64,000 nt of DNA. Source: an uncultured cyanobacterium (lineage in GTDB: Bacteria; Cyanobacteriota; Cyanobacteriia; Cyanobacteriales; CAWCAG01). The position numbers and the translations under genes were made by a program. The notes under the pieces were generated by a model, which searched no databases, was not told the DNA's origin, and saw only the letters and a list, made by a program, of their open reading frames with translations. The stretch is from assembly GCA_963803805.1 (NCBI GenBank), contig CAWDOD010000002.1, positions 1,248,001 to 1,312,000 of the forward strand, in the 5' to 3' direction. Of the stretch, positions 11,744-22,360 are shown in pieces; positions within the stretch are counted from its first letter, which is position 1, and each line of letters opens with the position of its first letter.

Positions 11744-12700
11744 TCAATTAACTTGTTGCTGTTGTTCTCCAGAAGCTGGAGTTACAGCAAAATTCATTCT
11801 TACTAGTCCACCTGGTTCTAAGCGCACTAAGCGAGACTGGCTATTGCGCTCGATAAAGTAAAGGTTGGGGGCTAGTGTGTATCCCGGCAAACTACTTAGG
11901 TCGAGAGTACCCGTTCTATTACCAGAAATTACGTTAGCCATAGAAAATAACCCGTTAGCATCAGCAGTAATGCGGTTGCCGTCGTCCATAATGACTACGG
12001 CATTAGGTACTCCAGGTTCTCCCTGCTGCTGTTCACCATCAAAATTCTTGTCGACGAAAACTCGACCGATAACCGTACCACAGTCAGAAAGAATTCCGGG
12101 ACGAATTCGTAATCGATAGCTAGCTAAATTACTGCGGGGTTCTTGTGCTGTATTTCTACCGTCACCCCTAACTGCATCTGGGGTAACTACAGCAGCATAA
12201 ATAATATTAAGAATTTGACCCGGATTTAGGGTATCTGAAGATGTAAAGGTAACTGTTCGACCTGAGCGAGTTGCTATTGGTGTAGTAGTTGGTGTAGTAT
12301 TCGTATCATCAGTAATTGAACTTTGCAAAGATTCAGCTAAAAAGTTCAGCCCTAATGGCATGGTGTCCGTTATGGTGAATCCTGTCACTACTGTTGTACC
12401 AGAGTTTTTCAGAGATAAGCGATAAACTACCGTATCTCCTGGTTCCGCTGCTGCTCTGTCTGCTGTTTTAATCAGCTCTAATTGGGCTGGTTCAGCTACA
12501 TCAACAGGAGTGGTGATGGTGTTGGAAGTAACAACACGATTAAGGTTGGAGTCTACCTTGGGCAGGTTATCTCCAGACGCTGAAGCTGTGTTCTCGATTT
12601 GTTGCTGGGCAAGAGCTGGGGAAACCCCAGCAACTAGGGAAATCATTGTTGTCAAGGCAATAATGTAGAAGCTCCCTGACCCTAGTTTGATAAGTTTCAT
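11744..12700 (-). CDS. DUF11 domain + SdrD B-like domain secreted protein
   Basis: Signal peptide (..PALAQQQ), LELIKTADRAAAEPGDTVVYRL..N (DUF11) and GRVFVDKNFDGEQQQGEPGVPNA (SdrD-B-like). Confidence 0.75.
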   Translation of the reverse strand: MKLIKLGSGSFYIIALTTMISLVAGVSPALAQQQIENTASASGDNLPKVDSNLNRVVTSNTITTPVDVAEPAQLELIKTADRAAAEPGDTVVYRLSLKNSGTTVVTGFTITDTMPLGLNFLAESLQSSITDDTNTTPTTTPIATRSGRTVTFTSSDTLNPGQILNIIYAAVVTPDAVRGDGRNTAQEPRSNLASYRLRIRPGILSDCGTVIGRVFVDKNFDGEQQQGEPGVPNAVVIMDDGNRITADANGLFSMANVISGNRTGTLDLSSLPGYTLAPNLYFIERNSQSRLVRLEPGGLVRMNFAVTPASGEQQQQVN

Positions 12701-13054
12701 GGGTATGGTCTACTGTTAGCGAGTATTCCGGTTATTTTTACTGGTCTTTTGGGTCTTAGAATGAAAATTCAAGTACTTACTCTAGCCCGAATGATGATTA
12801 TAGATGGATTTCCCTGATTTATAACAGTCTATGCCCATTTCTTAAAGTAAAGGAGGGAATATCAAAGATATTCACCCTTAAGCTAGGACAATTGCCCAAG
12901 CTGGCTTGTTTATAACTACCTTAATTTGAGAGAACACAAAAAATTATGACAAAGACTGATAATTATTAAGTTTGGAAGTAGTAGATGCTGATGAAACAAG
13001 TCTAAGTAATAGAGCTTAGATGAAGTTATAAATATCTACGCTCTATTGCTGACG

Positions 13055-13083
13055 AGATTTAGGTGATGCTATCACCTAAATCT
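13055..13083. promoter_or_regulatory. Perfect 13-bp inverted repeat (terminator of the cupB operon or an operator)
   Basis: agatttaggtgat-gct-atcacctaaatct in the cupB/DUF11 intergenic region. Confidence 0.45.
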
Positions 13084-13256
13084 GCATTGTTCAATATGAA
13101 CTTGAATAATATCTCTCTTATGGCATAATATACGGACTCTTTTTGATATTTTCCTGTTTAATAAGAGGATTTAAAAGTAAAGACATCGTTGTTTTTTTTG
13201 TGTAGAAAGTAAATTAATCAAAATTAACTTTTATAACAATTGATTAATTTCAAACA

Positions 13257-14387
13257 TCAATTATTAGCTTTAAGCAAACGTGAACTTTGCAAGCGTTTCA
13301 TCCAACCTGCTAAATATTGACGATTAGCAATTTGCTCTTGGGGATCTAAGGTATCTAAAGGATGGGGAGCTAAACCTTGGATAGTAGCGGTAGTTACACA
13401 AAACATCGACTTTTGAAAAGTTTGACAAATTTGCACTCTAATATCATCCTCTCCCCTTAAACTTTTGCTGTACAACTCATGAAGATAATCCGGTAGGAAG
13501 TGGCGCATATCTTGCATGAGTAAAGTGGGAGGAATGCCAGCACCTCCTATGGGTAAAGGGTCTGCATATAAAGCCCCATAAGTAAAGTAACCAGGATCAT
13601 AGGGGATTTGATAAGCTTGAGCATTGTAGGAAATTGTTCCTAAAAAAGGTGTACCTCGGAAAAATATGGCTTCTACATAAGGTACGGCTGTATCCATCAA
13701 GAAAGTCAATCTTGCTGATTGAGGAATAATTTTGTATTCCTTACCGCGAATAGTTACTTGATAAGTAATCGGTTGATTAGCTGCGGCTACCAAACCATCA
13801 AGAATATGCTTCACCACTTGAGGAATTGAGTTGATTTTTCCTTTGTCGTATTCATCAGATAAAGAAAGAAACATATCGCTCATCACGCGCCAAAACTGTC
13901 CTAAACCACTGTAATAGGCCATTTGGCGTACTTGCTCTGGTAAAAAATCCGAGAATCCTAGATGTATAATTTTGAAGAAAGGATTATCTTTGAATTTAGC
14001 TTGAATAACTTCTTGAGCTATTTGCTCAAATTCTGGAGAATCTAAATAGGTATCTAAACCACCGCCACCATGCCAAAACATACTTTTCATGCAGTATTCA
14101 GCATATTCATAGTTGATGCGGTCATGACTCAAGTGAGCAAGTAGCTTTTTAAAGGATACTTGACCATTAAAATATTTAAAGAAAGGAAAAAAGACGAAAA
14201 GTTGGTTTTCAGAAATATAAATTAAGTTTCGCGAATAAGCATCTAAAACAACGCTATAACTTTTGAGAATACCAACAACTTCTATAAGATTTTCAGGAGT
14301 ATCTTCAAGTAAAGCTTGTCCTGATTCTAAACGCCGAATATATTCAGGGAGAGGAGGTTGGGCAGCTTTTTTGGGGGTACTTACCAT
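13257..14387 (-). CDS. cupB: CO2 hydration protein CupB (ChpX) of NDH-1(4)
   Basis: 376 aa with HDRINYEYAEYCMKSMFWHGGGGLD and YGALYADPLPIGGAGIPPTLLMQDM motifs; short length and position after ndhF4/ndhD4. Confidence 0.92.
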   Translation of the reverse strand: MVSTPKKAAQPPLPEYIRRLESGQALLEDTPENLIEVVGILKSYSVVLDAYSRNLIYISENQLFVFFPFFKYFNGQVSFKKLLAHLSHDRINYEYAEYCMKSMFWHGGGGLDTYLDSPEFEQIAQEVIQAKFKDNPFFKIIHLGFSDFLPEQVRQMAYYSGLGQFWRVMSDMFLSLSDEYDKGKINSIPQVVKHILDGLVAAANQPITYQVTIRGKEYKIIPQSARLTFLMDTAVPYVEAIFFRGTPFLGTISYNAQAYQIPYDPGYFTYGALYADPLPIGGAGIPPTLLMQDMRHFLPDYLHELYSKSLRGEDDIRVQICQTFQKSMFCVTTATIQGLAPHPLDTLDPQEQIANRQYLAGWMKRLQSSRLLKANN

Positions 14388-14401
14388 GATAAAGATGGGG
14401 G

Positions 14402-14433
14402 AAGTAATAAGTAATAAGTAATAAGTAATAAGT
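14402..14433. repeat. Short tandem heptamer repeat (AAGTAAT)n, STRR-like
   Basis: aagtaat repeated about 4.5 times between ndhD4 and cupB. Similar heptamer arrays occur near 7970-8000, 14473-14500, 22240-22325 and 32220-32250. Confidence 0.7.
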
Positions 14434-14503
14434 TAAGAATGTACTGTCTCTTATTTCCTATTACCTTGCACAACTAGCGACTAGCAATTAGCAATTAGCA
14501 AAA

Positions 14504-15991
14504 TCATTTAATTTGTTCAACAGCAACCAAATTGTGGCGTTTAGAAATTAAAGCCAACCCTTGAGGCTCACTCCAACGCAACATCCAGTTGGGTTGAAGC
14601 CCTAAAACAATGATTAATACTGTTAAAACTAAAGCAGGAATATGTTCGGGCCACTGTACCTTTGGTAAGTTAGACAGTTTGTCTGTGAGGCGACCGAAAA
14701 AGACGCGGTTGATGACTAATAAAAAATATACAGCAGTTAGACCTGTGCCAACCATACAGAGCAAAGTTTGGACAGGAAAAATGGCAAAACTTCCCCGAAA
14801 GACCACAAATTCGGCGATGAACCCTACCATACCAGGAATACCAGAACTAGCCATTACCCCTACTACCATTAAACTACCAGTAATTGGTAAACCGCGCTCT
14901 GGATTTAGCAAACCGCTCAAAGATTTCACTTCACGAGTTCCTGTTTTTTCATAAACTAGTCCGACTAAAATAAACAACAAAGCTGAAATCAAACCATGAC
15001 TGACCATTTGGAAGATTGCAGCTACTAAACTCAAAGGAGTGGTTGCAGAAGCAGCCAGAAGAATGTAAGCCATGTGAGCGATAGAAGAATAAGCTACTAC
15101 CTTTTTCATATCAGTTTGGGCGATCGCACAAGAAGCTCCATATAAAGCGCTTATGGCTGCGATGGTGGCTAACCAAGGAGCAAAAATAATCCAAGCTTCT
15201 AAAAATAAGCCAACTCCAAACCTCAGTAAACCATAGGTTCCTAATTTTAAAAGCACCCCCGCTAAGAGTACAGAAATAGGGGTGGAAGCTTCGACGTGGG
15301 CATCCGGTAGCCAGGTGTGGAAGGGGAAAATGGGAATTTTAATACCGAAACCAATTAACAGACTCCCTAAAAGCCACAATTGCGTACCTACAGGTAGGGT
15401 TTGCGAACGTAATACCTGATAGTCAAAACTAGTTGCACCGGTAAACCAAACTAGACCTAAAAATGAAGCTAAGACTAAAATACCGGAAAAAGTTGTGTAC
15501 AGGAGAAATTTCATAGCTGCATAACCCCGCCGCTTTCCTCCCCAAATAGCAATCAAAAAATATAAAGGAATAATTTCTACTTCATAAAAGAGGAAAAATA
15601 GCAACAAATCCTGAGCTAAAAATGCTCCTGCTGCCCCAGCACTTAATATTAATAAAAGAGCAAAGTAGAAACGGTGTCTAGGAATAGAGCGACTACTAAA
15701 AATAATCGCGATTAAGGTTAATAAGCTGTTTAAGAACAGCAAAGGTAATGACAATCCATCTAAACCAAGGTGATAATTTAAACCAATCCATTCAATCCAA
15801 TGAATGTTCTCAGAAAACTGCATCTCAGTTTGAGTTGGATCAAACTGTAAAATGAGGAAAATATTCCAAACTAAAATAGCACTGGCAAAAATTAGTGCCA
15901 CTAAACGATAATGACTAGATTGCCACTTTTGAGGTAAAAGGCTAATCGTCAGCGCACCTAAAAGTGGTAATAAAATAAAAATACTGAGCAT
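14504..15991 (-). CDS. ndhD4: NDH-1 subunit NdhD4 (NuoM-like)
   Basis: KIPIFPFHTWLPDAHVEA and KKVVAYSSIAHM motifs; lies between ndhF4 and cupB. Confidence 0.9.
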   Translation of the reverse strand: MLSIFILLPLLGALTISLLPQKWQSSHYRLVALIFASAILVWNIFLILQFDPTQTEMQFSENIHWIEWIGLNYHLGLDGLSLPLLFLNSLLTLIAIIFSSRSIPRHRFYFALLLILSAGAAGAFLAQDLLLFFLFYEVEIIPLYFLIAIWGGKRRGYAAMKFLLYTTFSGILVLASFLGLVWFTGATSFDYQVLRSQTLPVGTQLWLLGSLLIGFGIKIPIFPFHTWLPDAHVEASTPISVLLAGVLLKLGTYGLLRFGVGLFLEAWIIFAPWLATIAAISALYGASCAIAQTDMKKVVAYSSIAHMAYILLAASATTPLSLVAAIFQMVSHGLISALLFILVGLVYEKTGTREVKSLSGLLNPERGLPITGSLMVVGVMASSGIPGMVGFIAEFVVFRGSFAIFPVQTLLCMVGTGLTAVYFLLVINRVFFGRLTDKLSNLPKVQWPEHIPALVLTVLIIVLGLQPNWMLRWSEPQGLALISKRHNLVAVEQIK

Positions 15992-16073
15992 AAAATTTGA
16001 CTAAACTCCCCATATCCTTTTACACAAATCCGGTTCATACAAACTGTTCCCTACCTCCATAGGTGATCTCAGC

Positions 16074-17984
16074 TTATTGGTAGTGATTAACCAAAGATGA
16101 CCATTGCTCAACTAGAATTGGCCATTGACCATTGGAAATTGACCAAGTAAGCAGCAAACTTACCCCCAGCAAGATGGTTAGTAGATAAAACTGAGATTGA
16201 CCAGAAATACTGTATTTCAAAGCATTACCACTAAATACTGTAAATAACCCCACTAAATTAACCACACCATCAACTACATAACGGTCAAACCAAGTAGTAA
16301 TTTTAGACAGAGAAGAAACAGCAAAAACAACCGTTAGGTCATAAAGTTTTTCAATATAAAAGTCATAGGCAAGTAAGTCTTGGATGAAGCGCAAATACAA
16401 TTGGGTTGATCTGGCCCAATTCCGACGCAGTTCTATAGCTGCCCCAATTAAGCAACCTACAGCACCAGAAAAAATTAATAAAGCCATAGCATACTGGCTG
16501 AAAAGAGGACCACTTGGAGAAATAAGTTCTCTACTATTTGAAAGTAGCTGTCTTTGTTGGAAAATAATCGGAATTAAAAGAGTAACAATAGTTAAAGAAA
16601 CCATCGCTAATGCCATGGGCCAAGGGGCTTCTAAGGCGCGACGAGTTTTGACTTGAGGTTTTCCCAAAAAGACTAAGCGAAAAAGACGAGTTAAGTTAAT
16701 AGCACTCAAACAGTTGATTAATAGCAACATGGCGAGTAACCACCAAGGAACAGCAAAGAAACCAGCTATCCATTGTTGCATAGCCCAAAACATTCCCATG
16801 GGGATAAGTGCTACTAACCCAGCTATCCCAACTACAAAAGCTATGGTGGTGGCTGGCATTTTTGACCCCAAGCCCCCCATTTCCGTAACATTCTGACCAC
16901 TGGTAGCTAAAATAACTGAGCCGGCACTCATGAAAAGTAGAGATTTAGCTAAAGCATGGGTAAATAAAAGTAGTAAAGCAACATTGATGGGTTGTCCAAT
17001 ACCAACGGTGATAAAGACCAATCCTAAGTAAGCGCTAGTGGAATGGGATAAAGCACGTTTGAAGTCAATTTGAGCAATAGCTATTAAAGAAGCCCCAATA
17101 GCTGTAACCATACCGATGACTATTAAGGCGTTAGAAGCAATGGGGGAGAGGGTGAAAACTGGTTGGAGTTTGATTAGTACAAAAGCACCCGCCGAAACAA
17201 CTACAGAGTTTCTCATAATTCCAGCAGGGTTTGGTCCTTCCATGGCTTCATCTAACCACAGGTTCAAAGGAAACTGAGCGCATTTTCCCGTTGGTCCGGC
17301 GATTAAAGCTAAACCTAATAAGTTAGCTGTAAGGGGAGAAACCGGAGATGTTTGTACCCATTCTCCTAGTTCGCTAAAATTAAGCCCTTCTCCATAAGCA
17401 GAAAGGGCCACTACACCCATAAAAAGGATAATATCCCCTACTCTTTTGGTTAAAAACGCATCTCTAGCTGCAGTTACTACTAAAGGCTGAGCATACCAAA
17501 ATCCCACCAGTAAATAGCTAGAAAGGGTGAGCATTTCTAGCAAACCATAGGTTAAAAATAAAGAGTCGCTAATGGCAATACCGCTCAATGCTGCTTCAAA
17601 AAAGCCCATAAGTCCGTAGAATCTTGCCAAAGACCAGTCTTTTTCCAGATAGCCCAAGGCATATATCTGGACAAGAAAGCTAATCCCTGTGACGACTTCC
17701 ATAGCTCCCATACTAATGGGAGAGATTTCAATAGCCAAAGATAAGTCTAAATCAGCTACTTTTAACCAAGAGAAAACCAATTGTTGAGGTTCTTGATGCC
17801 AAATCAAAGCTAAAACAATTGACCCATGAACAAGAGCCAATAAAGTCATGAATAAATTGATATAAGCTGCTGGCCTCGGCCCCTTTCTGCGAATAATTCC
17901 TACTGACCAAGGTAAGCTAAGAATCGCCCCTATTAGTCCGTATAAAGGAAGGAACCAATAGTTATTAATTAAAAAATCAGTCAT
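16074..17984 (-). CDS. ndhF4: NDH-1 subunit NdhF4 (NuoL-like)
   Basis: GPRPAAY, AARDAFLTKRVGD and GKCAQFPLNLWLDEAMEGP motifs; synteny with ndhD4-cupB and the ccm operon. Confidence 0.9.
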   Translation of the reverse strand: MTDFLINNYWFLPLYGLIGAILSLPWSVGIIRRKGPRPAAYINLFMTLLALVHGSIVLALIWHQEPQQLVFSWLKVADLDLSLAIEISPISMGAMEVVTGISFLVQIYALGYLEKDWSLARFYGLMGFFEAALSGIAISDSLFLTYGLLEMLTLSSYLLVGFWYAQPLVVTAARDAFLTKRVGDIILFMGVVALSAYGEGLNFSELGEWVQTSPVSPLTANLLGLALIAGPTGKCAQFPLNLWLDEAMEGPNPAGIMRNSVVVSAGAFVLIKLQPVFTLSPIASNALIVIGMVTAIGASLIAIAQIDFKRALSHSTSAYLGLVFITVGIGQPINVALLLLFTHALAKSLLFMSAGSVILATSGQNVTEMGGLGSKMPATTIAFVVGIAGLVALIPMGMFWAMQQWIAGFFAVPWWLLAMLLLINCLSAINLTRLFRLVFLGKPQVKTRRALEAPWPMALAMVSLTIVTLLIPIIFQQRQLLSNSRELISPSGPLFSQYAMALLIFSGAVGCLIGAAIELRRNWARSTQLYLRFIQDLLAYDFYIEKLYDLTVVFAVSSLSKITTWFDRYVVDGVVNLVGLFTVFSGNALKYSISGQSQFYLLTILLGVSLLLTWSISNGQWPILVEQWSSLVNHYQ

Positions 17985-18041
17985 TAAATTTGCTTGAAAA
18001 AATCATTATACTGACCATAAATTTTCTCCTTTTAAAATCAG

Positions 18042-18076
18042 CTATTTAAATCTTGAAAAACAAAAGATTTAAATAG
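18042..18076. promoter_or_regulatory. 13-bp inverted repeat upstream of ndhF4
   Basis: ctatttaaatctt-N9-aagatttaaatag. Confidence 0.35.
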
Positions 18077-18638
18077 TGTAGAGACATTGTTTTTAAACTT
18101 GGTCTGAGATATCTAAGCTTTTTCCGTTAAAGCCTGACTCTTCTTCTCTAGGAAGTATTCTTACCTACCACTGCCGATAGAGCAAGTTCTGTGAGAAATC
18201 AAAGGCTAGTATCTGCAACCCTCAAGATTATCTTGAATTTATAAAGAAATTATAAAACACGAAGAAGCCTTCTAGTCAAAGGTCGAATTTTCAATGATCA
18301 CAGGGGATACATTAATTTTTATTAACTTTGCGATTTTAAAATATTATAAAGACTTATATTGTCAAAGGTACAAAGCTTTCCTATGCTTTATTTATAGAGT
18401 TAAAAAAATTAGCCATTTCAATATTTCGCCAAGAGTCAATTTTTATTTACTTGCTTAGATGGGATGTGTTAATTGTGACTTTAATATATTTATTGAGTTG
18501 TGGAAACCTGTTTCATACCTAGATTTTGTATCTAGCTGTTGTCTTGGCTGGATGAGTTTAGTTGCACAAAAAATTGGCTTAAATAAAATGGCAATTATAT
18601 GAAAATGAGCTTGGCTTATTGTAGAGGAAATTTGAGAT

Positions 18639-18947
18639 ATGCCAATTGCGGTAGGAATGATTGAAACCTTGGGTTTCCCAGCAGTGGTAGAAGCTGCTGA
18701 TGCCATGGTTAAAGCCGCTCGCGTTACCTTGGTAGGTTATGAAAAAATCGGTACAGGTCGCGTCACAGTAATTGTTCGCGGCGATGTATCAGAGGTTCAA
18801 GCCTCAGTATCTGCCGGCACTGATGCAGCTAATCGTGTCAACGGCGGTGAGGTCTTATCTACCCATATTATTGCCCGTCCCCATGAAAACTTGGAGTATG
18901 TCCTACCCATTCGCTATACCGAAGAAGTAGAGCAGTTCCGAATGTAG
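18639..18947 (+). CDS. ccmK2: Carboxysome shell hexamer protein CcmK2
   Basis: BMC domain [27 protein letters not shown]; 102 aa, no C-terminal extension. Confidence 0.92.
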   Translation: MPIAVGMIETLGFPAVVEAADAMVKAARVTLVGYEKIGTGRVTVIVRGDVSEVQASVSAGTDAANRVNGGEVLSTHIIARPHENLEYVLPIRYTEEVEQFRM

Positions 18948-19020
18948 CTTAAGATAACTTGCCAACTTCCCACCTTAGTTATTTTCAATCCCAATTAATT
19001 TTTTAGGAGTTTAAGAATCC

Positions 19021-19359
19021 ATGTCTATTGCAGTAGGAATGATTGAAACCTTGGGTTTCCCAGCAGTGGTAGAAGCTGCTGATGCCATGGTTAAAGCCGC
19101 TCGTGTTACCTTAGTAGGCTATGAAAAAATTGGTACAGGTCGCGTCACAGTAATTGTTCGCGGCGACGTATCAGAAGTTCAAGCTTCAGTAGCGGCTGGA
19201 GTAGAAAATGTCAAAAGAGTTAACGGAGGTCAAGTACTTTCTACTCACATTATTGCTCGTCCTCACGAAAACCTAGAATACGTATTACCTATTCGTTACA
19301 GCGAAGCAGTAGAGCAATTCCGTGAGAGCGTTTATGCTCCAAGATCCTTACCTAGATAA
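19021..19359 (+). CDS. ccmK1: Carboxysome shell hexamer protein CcmK1
   Basis: BMC domain plus a ~10-aa C-terminal extension ([11 protein letters not shown]); AGGAG RBS. Confidence 0.9.
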   Translation: MSIAVGMIETLGFPAVVEAADAMVKAARVTLVGYEKIGTGRVTVIVRGDVSEVQASVAAGVENVKRVNGGQVLSTHIIARPHENLEYVLPIRYSEAVEQFRESVYAPRSLPR

Positions 19360-19418
19360 GTGTTTAGTTAATTATTTCTAGTCTCTTCCTACCATCTAAA
19401 TCTCCATTCCCTTAATTA

Positions 19419-19721
19419 ATGCAAATTGCTCAGGTTCGTGGCACAGTTGTTAGCACACAAAAGCTCCCTAGTATGACAGGAGTTAAGCTACTCTTGGTAC
19501 AATTTGTAGATGAAGAGGGACTGCTTGTGCCGAAGTATGAAGTGGCAGCAGACCGAGTAGGAGCTGGTATTAGCGAATGGGTATTAATCAGCCGCGGTAG
19601 TGCAGCTCGTCAAGAAGTTGGTAGTGAGGAGCGTCCCCTAGATGCCACGGTAATAGGAATTATAGATACAGTTACTGTAGAAAATAGCTTGATTTATAGC
19701 AAAAGAGAGCAATATCGCTAA
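19419..19721 (+). CDS. ccmL: Carboxysome vertex pentamer CcmL
   Basis: MQIAQVRGTVVSTQK...GAGISEWVLISRGSAAR, EutN/CcmL family. Confidence 0.95.
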   Translation: MQIAQVRGTVVSTQKLPSMTGVKLLLVQFVDEEGLLVPKYEVAADRVGAGISEWVLISRGSAARQEVGSEERPLDATVIGIIDTVTVENSLIYSKREQYR

Positions 19722-19793
19722 CTTTAACTTTGTGTTGCACTACCCTCATTAATTTAATCAGGGATTGCTTGTTGTATTAGGAGGATTCAATCA

Positions 19794-22229
19794 ATGGTAG
19801 CCCGCAGACAAGCGGCTCCCCCAACTCCTTGGTCGGAAGACTTAGCAGAGCCGCAAGTTGATAAAACAGCTTATGTCCATTCTTTCTCCAGGGTAATTGG
19901 AGATGTTCACATTGGCTCAAAGGTGATGATAGCCCCAGGAACATCTATCCGCGCTGATGAAGGGACTCCGTTTCACATTGGTGATAGTACTAACATCCAA
20001 GATGGAGTAGTAATTCACGGTTTAGAAAAGGGTCGAGTCACTGGAGATGATGGTAGGGAATATTCGGTTTGGGTCGGTGATGATACTTGCATAACCCACA
20101 TGGTTTTGATTCACGGACCAGCCTATGTGGGAAACGAGTGCTTCATCGGTTTTCGCTCTACTGTCTTTAACGCCAAGGTGGGTAATGGCTGTATCATTAT
20201 GATGCACGTCCTGATTCAAGATGTAGAAATTCCCCCTGGCAAGTATATTCCCTCCGGGACTGTAATTACTAACCAGCAACAAGCAGATCGCCTTCCTGAT
20301 GTGACAGAAGCAGACAAAGAATTTGCTCATCATGTGGTGGAAGTTAATGAGGCTTTGGGTGCTGGCTATCTTTGTGCAGAAAATGAACGTTGTCTACTTT
20401 CCCTAGATAAGAAAATGGGTACATATAATACATATAAAAGTAAAAGCGCTGGAGTTTCCAGCCAAACAGATTTAGATACAGAAACTTTAGAGCAAGTACG
20501 TTCTCTGTTAGCTCAGGGATATAAAATTGGCATAGAACACGCTAACAAGCGTCGCTTTAAAACTGGCTCTTGGCTCAGCGCACCTTCACTTGAAGGACGA
20601 CATACAGACCAAGTAATAGCAGAATTAGAAGCAGCTTTAAATGAGTATTCAGGGGAATATGTACGCTTAATTGGCATTGACCCCGAACATAAGCGGCGGA
20701 TTACAGAAACAGTCGTACAACGCCCTGATGGCAAGTCAAATCATAATGGCTCACAGAGCAAAAAATCATCTACTAGTTATCGTAATTACACTACTTCAAG
20801 AAGTAGCCACAATAACGGCTCTAATAATGGCTACCAGGCAAACAATGGTAACGGTGGCTTAAACCCGGATATTACTGAACAAATCAACTCTTTTTTAAGC
20901 CAAGGCTACAAAATAAGTTTAGAACACGCTAATAAGCGGCGTTTTAAAACCAGCTCCTGGCTTACTGGCTCTTCAATTAAAGGTACAAGGGCAAAAGAAG
21001 TCATTGCTGAGTTGGAAGCAGCTTTAGTAAACTACCCCCAAAAATATGTTCGTATTATTGTAGTTGATGCTAACGCTAAGCGCAGAATAGCTGAAATAGT
21101 CATTCAGCGTCCTGATGGCAAAGCAACTTCCACCCAAAGTTCTCACTCAAACTCAAGTTCTTCTAATTACCAAAGTTCAAGAAGGCAATCTTCTTCTTCT
21201 ATTAGTAGTAGCTTAGATTCAGAGATTGTTGAACAAGTTGAATCTCTACTGCAACAAGGCTACAAAATTAGTTTAGAACACGCTAATAAACGGCGTTTTA
21301 AGACTAGTTCCTGGTTGGGGGCGACTTCAGTTCGGGGGACAAGAGCCAAAGAAGTTATTGCCGAGTTAGAAGCAGCTTTGGTGAACTATCCTCAAGAATA
21401 TGTTCGTATCATTGCTGTGGATGCTAATGCCAAGCGCAGGATTGCCGAAATAGTTATTCAGCGTCCTGATGGCAAAGCAATTTCTACCCAAAGTTCTAGC
21501 TCAAATCCAAGCTCTTCTAATTACCAAAGTTCGAGAAGGCAATCTTCTTTTCCTTCTTCCTCTTCTGCTTCTATTAGGACTAGCTTAGAGCCAGATGTGG
21601 TTGAACAAGTTGCCTCCCTATTGCAACAAGGTTATAAAATCAGCTCAGAACACGCTAACAAACGGCGTTTCAAGACTAGTTCTTGGTTGAGTTGTGGTTT
21701 CCTCGAAGGTAACAGTGAACAAGAAGTTCTCTCAGAACTAGAATCGTGCTTAGTAGAGCATGAAGGGGAATATGTACGTATCATTGGCGTAGACTCCCAA
21801 GCTAAGCGCCGGGTAGCGGAAATAGTTGTGCAGCGTCCTGACGGTAAAGCAACTTCTAACGGCAGTAACAATCACGTTTCTAGCCGGACTAAAACTCATG
21901 TAGGCTCGCCTCCTCGGTATAACACCGTTAATTCTAAAACCGATTTCTCTAGCAGAAGCTTGGGCCCAGAAGTGGTTGAACAAGTACGCTCTCTCCTTGC
22001 TCAAAATTACACAATTGGCACAGAACACGCAGACAAGCGCCGCTTCAAAATTAATTCTTGGCGCAGTTGCTCCCCCATTGAGTCTCAGCGAGAAGCAGAG
22101 GTGCTTACGGCTTTGGAAGCTTGTTTAGCAGAACATCAAGGGGAATACGTTCGTTTACTGGGTATTAACCCTAAAGAGAAACGGAGGGTGCTGGAAGAGG
22201 TTATTCAACGGCCAAATGGGAAAAAGTAG
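19794..22229 (+). CDS. ccmM: Carboxysome assembly protein CcmM (gamma-CA domain + 5 RbcS-like domains)
   Basis: PPTPWS N-terminus, hexapeptide-repeat gamma-CA domain and five EHA(N/D)KRRFK..SW repeats. Confidence 0.95.
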   Translation: MVARRQAAPPTPWSEDLAEPQVDKTAYVHSFSRVIGDVHIGSKVMIAPGTSIRADEGTPFHIGDSTNIQDGVVIHGLEKGRVTGDDGREYSVWVGDDTCITHMVLIHGPAYVGNECFIGFRSTVFNAKVGNGCIIMMHVLIQDVEIPPGKYIPSGTVITNQQQADRLPDVTEADKEFAHHVVEVNEALGAGYLCAENERCLLSLDKKMGTYNTYKSKSAGVSSQTDLDTETLEQVRSLLAQGYKIGIEHANKRRFKTGSWLSAPSLEGRHTDQVIAELEAALNEYSGEYVRLIGIDPEHKRRITETVVQRPDGKSNHNGSQSKKSSTSYRNYTTSRSSHNNGSNNGYQANNGNGGLNPDITEQINSFLSQGYKISLEHANKRRFKTSSWLTGSSIKGTRAKEVIAELEAALVNYPQKYVRIIVVDANAKRRIAEIVIQRPDGKATSTQSSHSNSSSSNYQSSRRQSSSSISSSLDSEIVEQVESLLQQGYKISLEHANKRRFKTSSWLGATSVRGTRAKEVIAELEAALVNYPQEYVRIIAVDANAKRRIAEIVIQRPDGKAISTQSSSSNPSSSNYQSSRRQSSFPSSSSASIRTSLEPDVVEQVASLLQQGYKISSEHANKRRFKTSSWLSCGFLEGNSEQEVLSELESCLVEHEGEYVRIIGVDSQAKRRVAEIVVQRPDGKATSNGSNNHVSSRTKTHVGSPPRYNTVNSKTDFSSRSLGPEVVEQVRSLLAQNYTIGTEHADKRRFKINSWRSCSPIESQREAEVLTALEACLAEHQGEYVRLLGINPKEKRRVLEEVIQRPNGKK

Positions 22230-22360
22230 GTAGACCCGTTAAAGGGTAAGGGGCAAAGGATAAAGGGAAAGGGGAAAGGTAATACTTCTTTTAGCTCCCT
22301 ATTACCCTAGCTCCCTAGCTCCTCAATCCCCCTACAGCCTGACTTGAGAGAATTAGTATC

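Noticed and set aside
14402-14500. Heptamer tandem repeats as a novel element
   Set aside because: Ordinary STRR-type intergenic repeats of cyanobacteria.
18000-18638. Specific RbcR/NdhR/NtcA binding sites in the ndhF4-ccmK2 divergent promoter
   Set aside because: The region is very AT-rich and I found no clean consensus match by eye.
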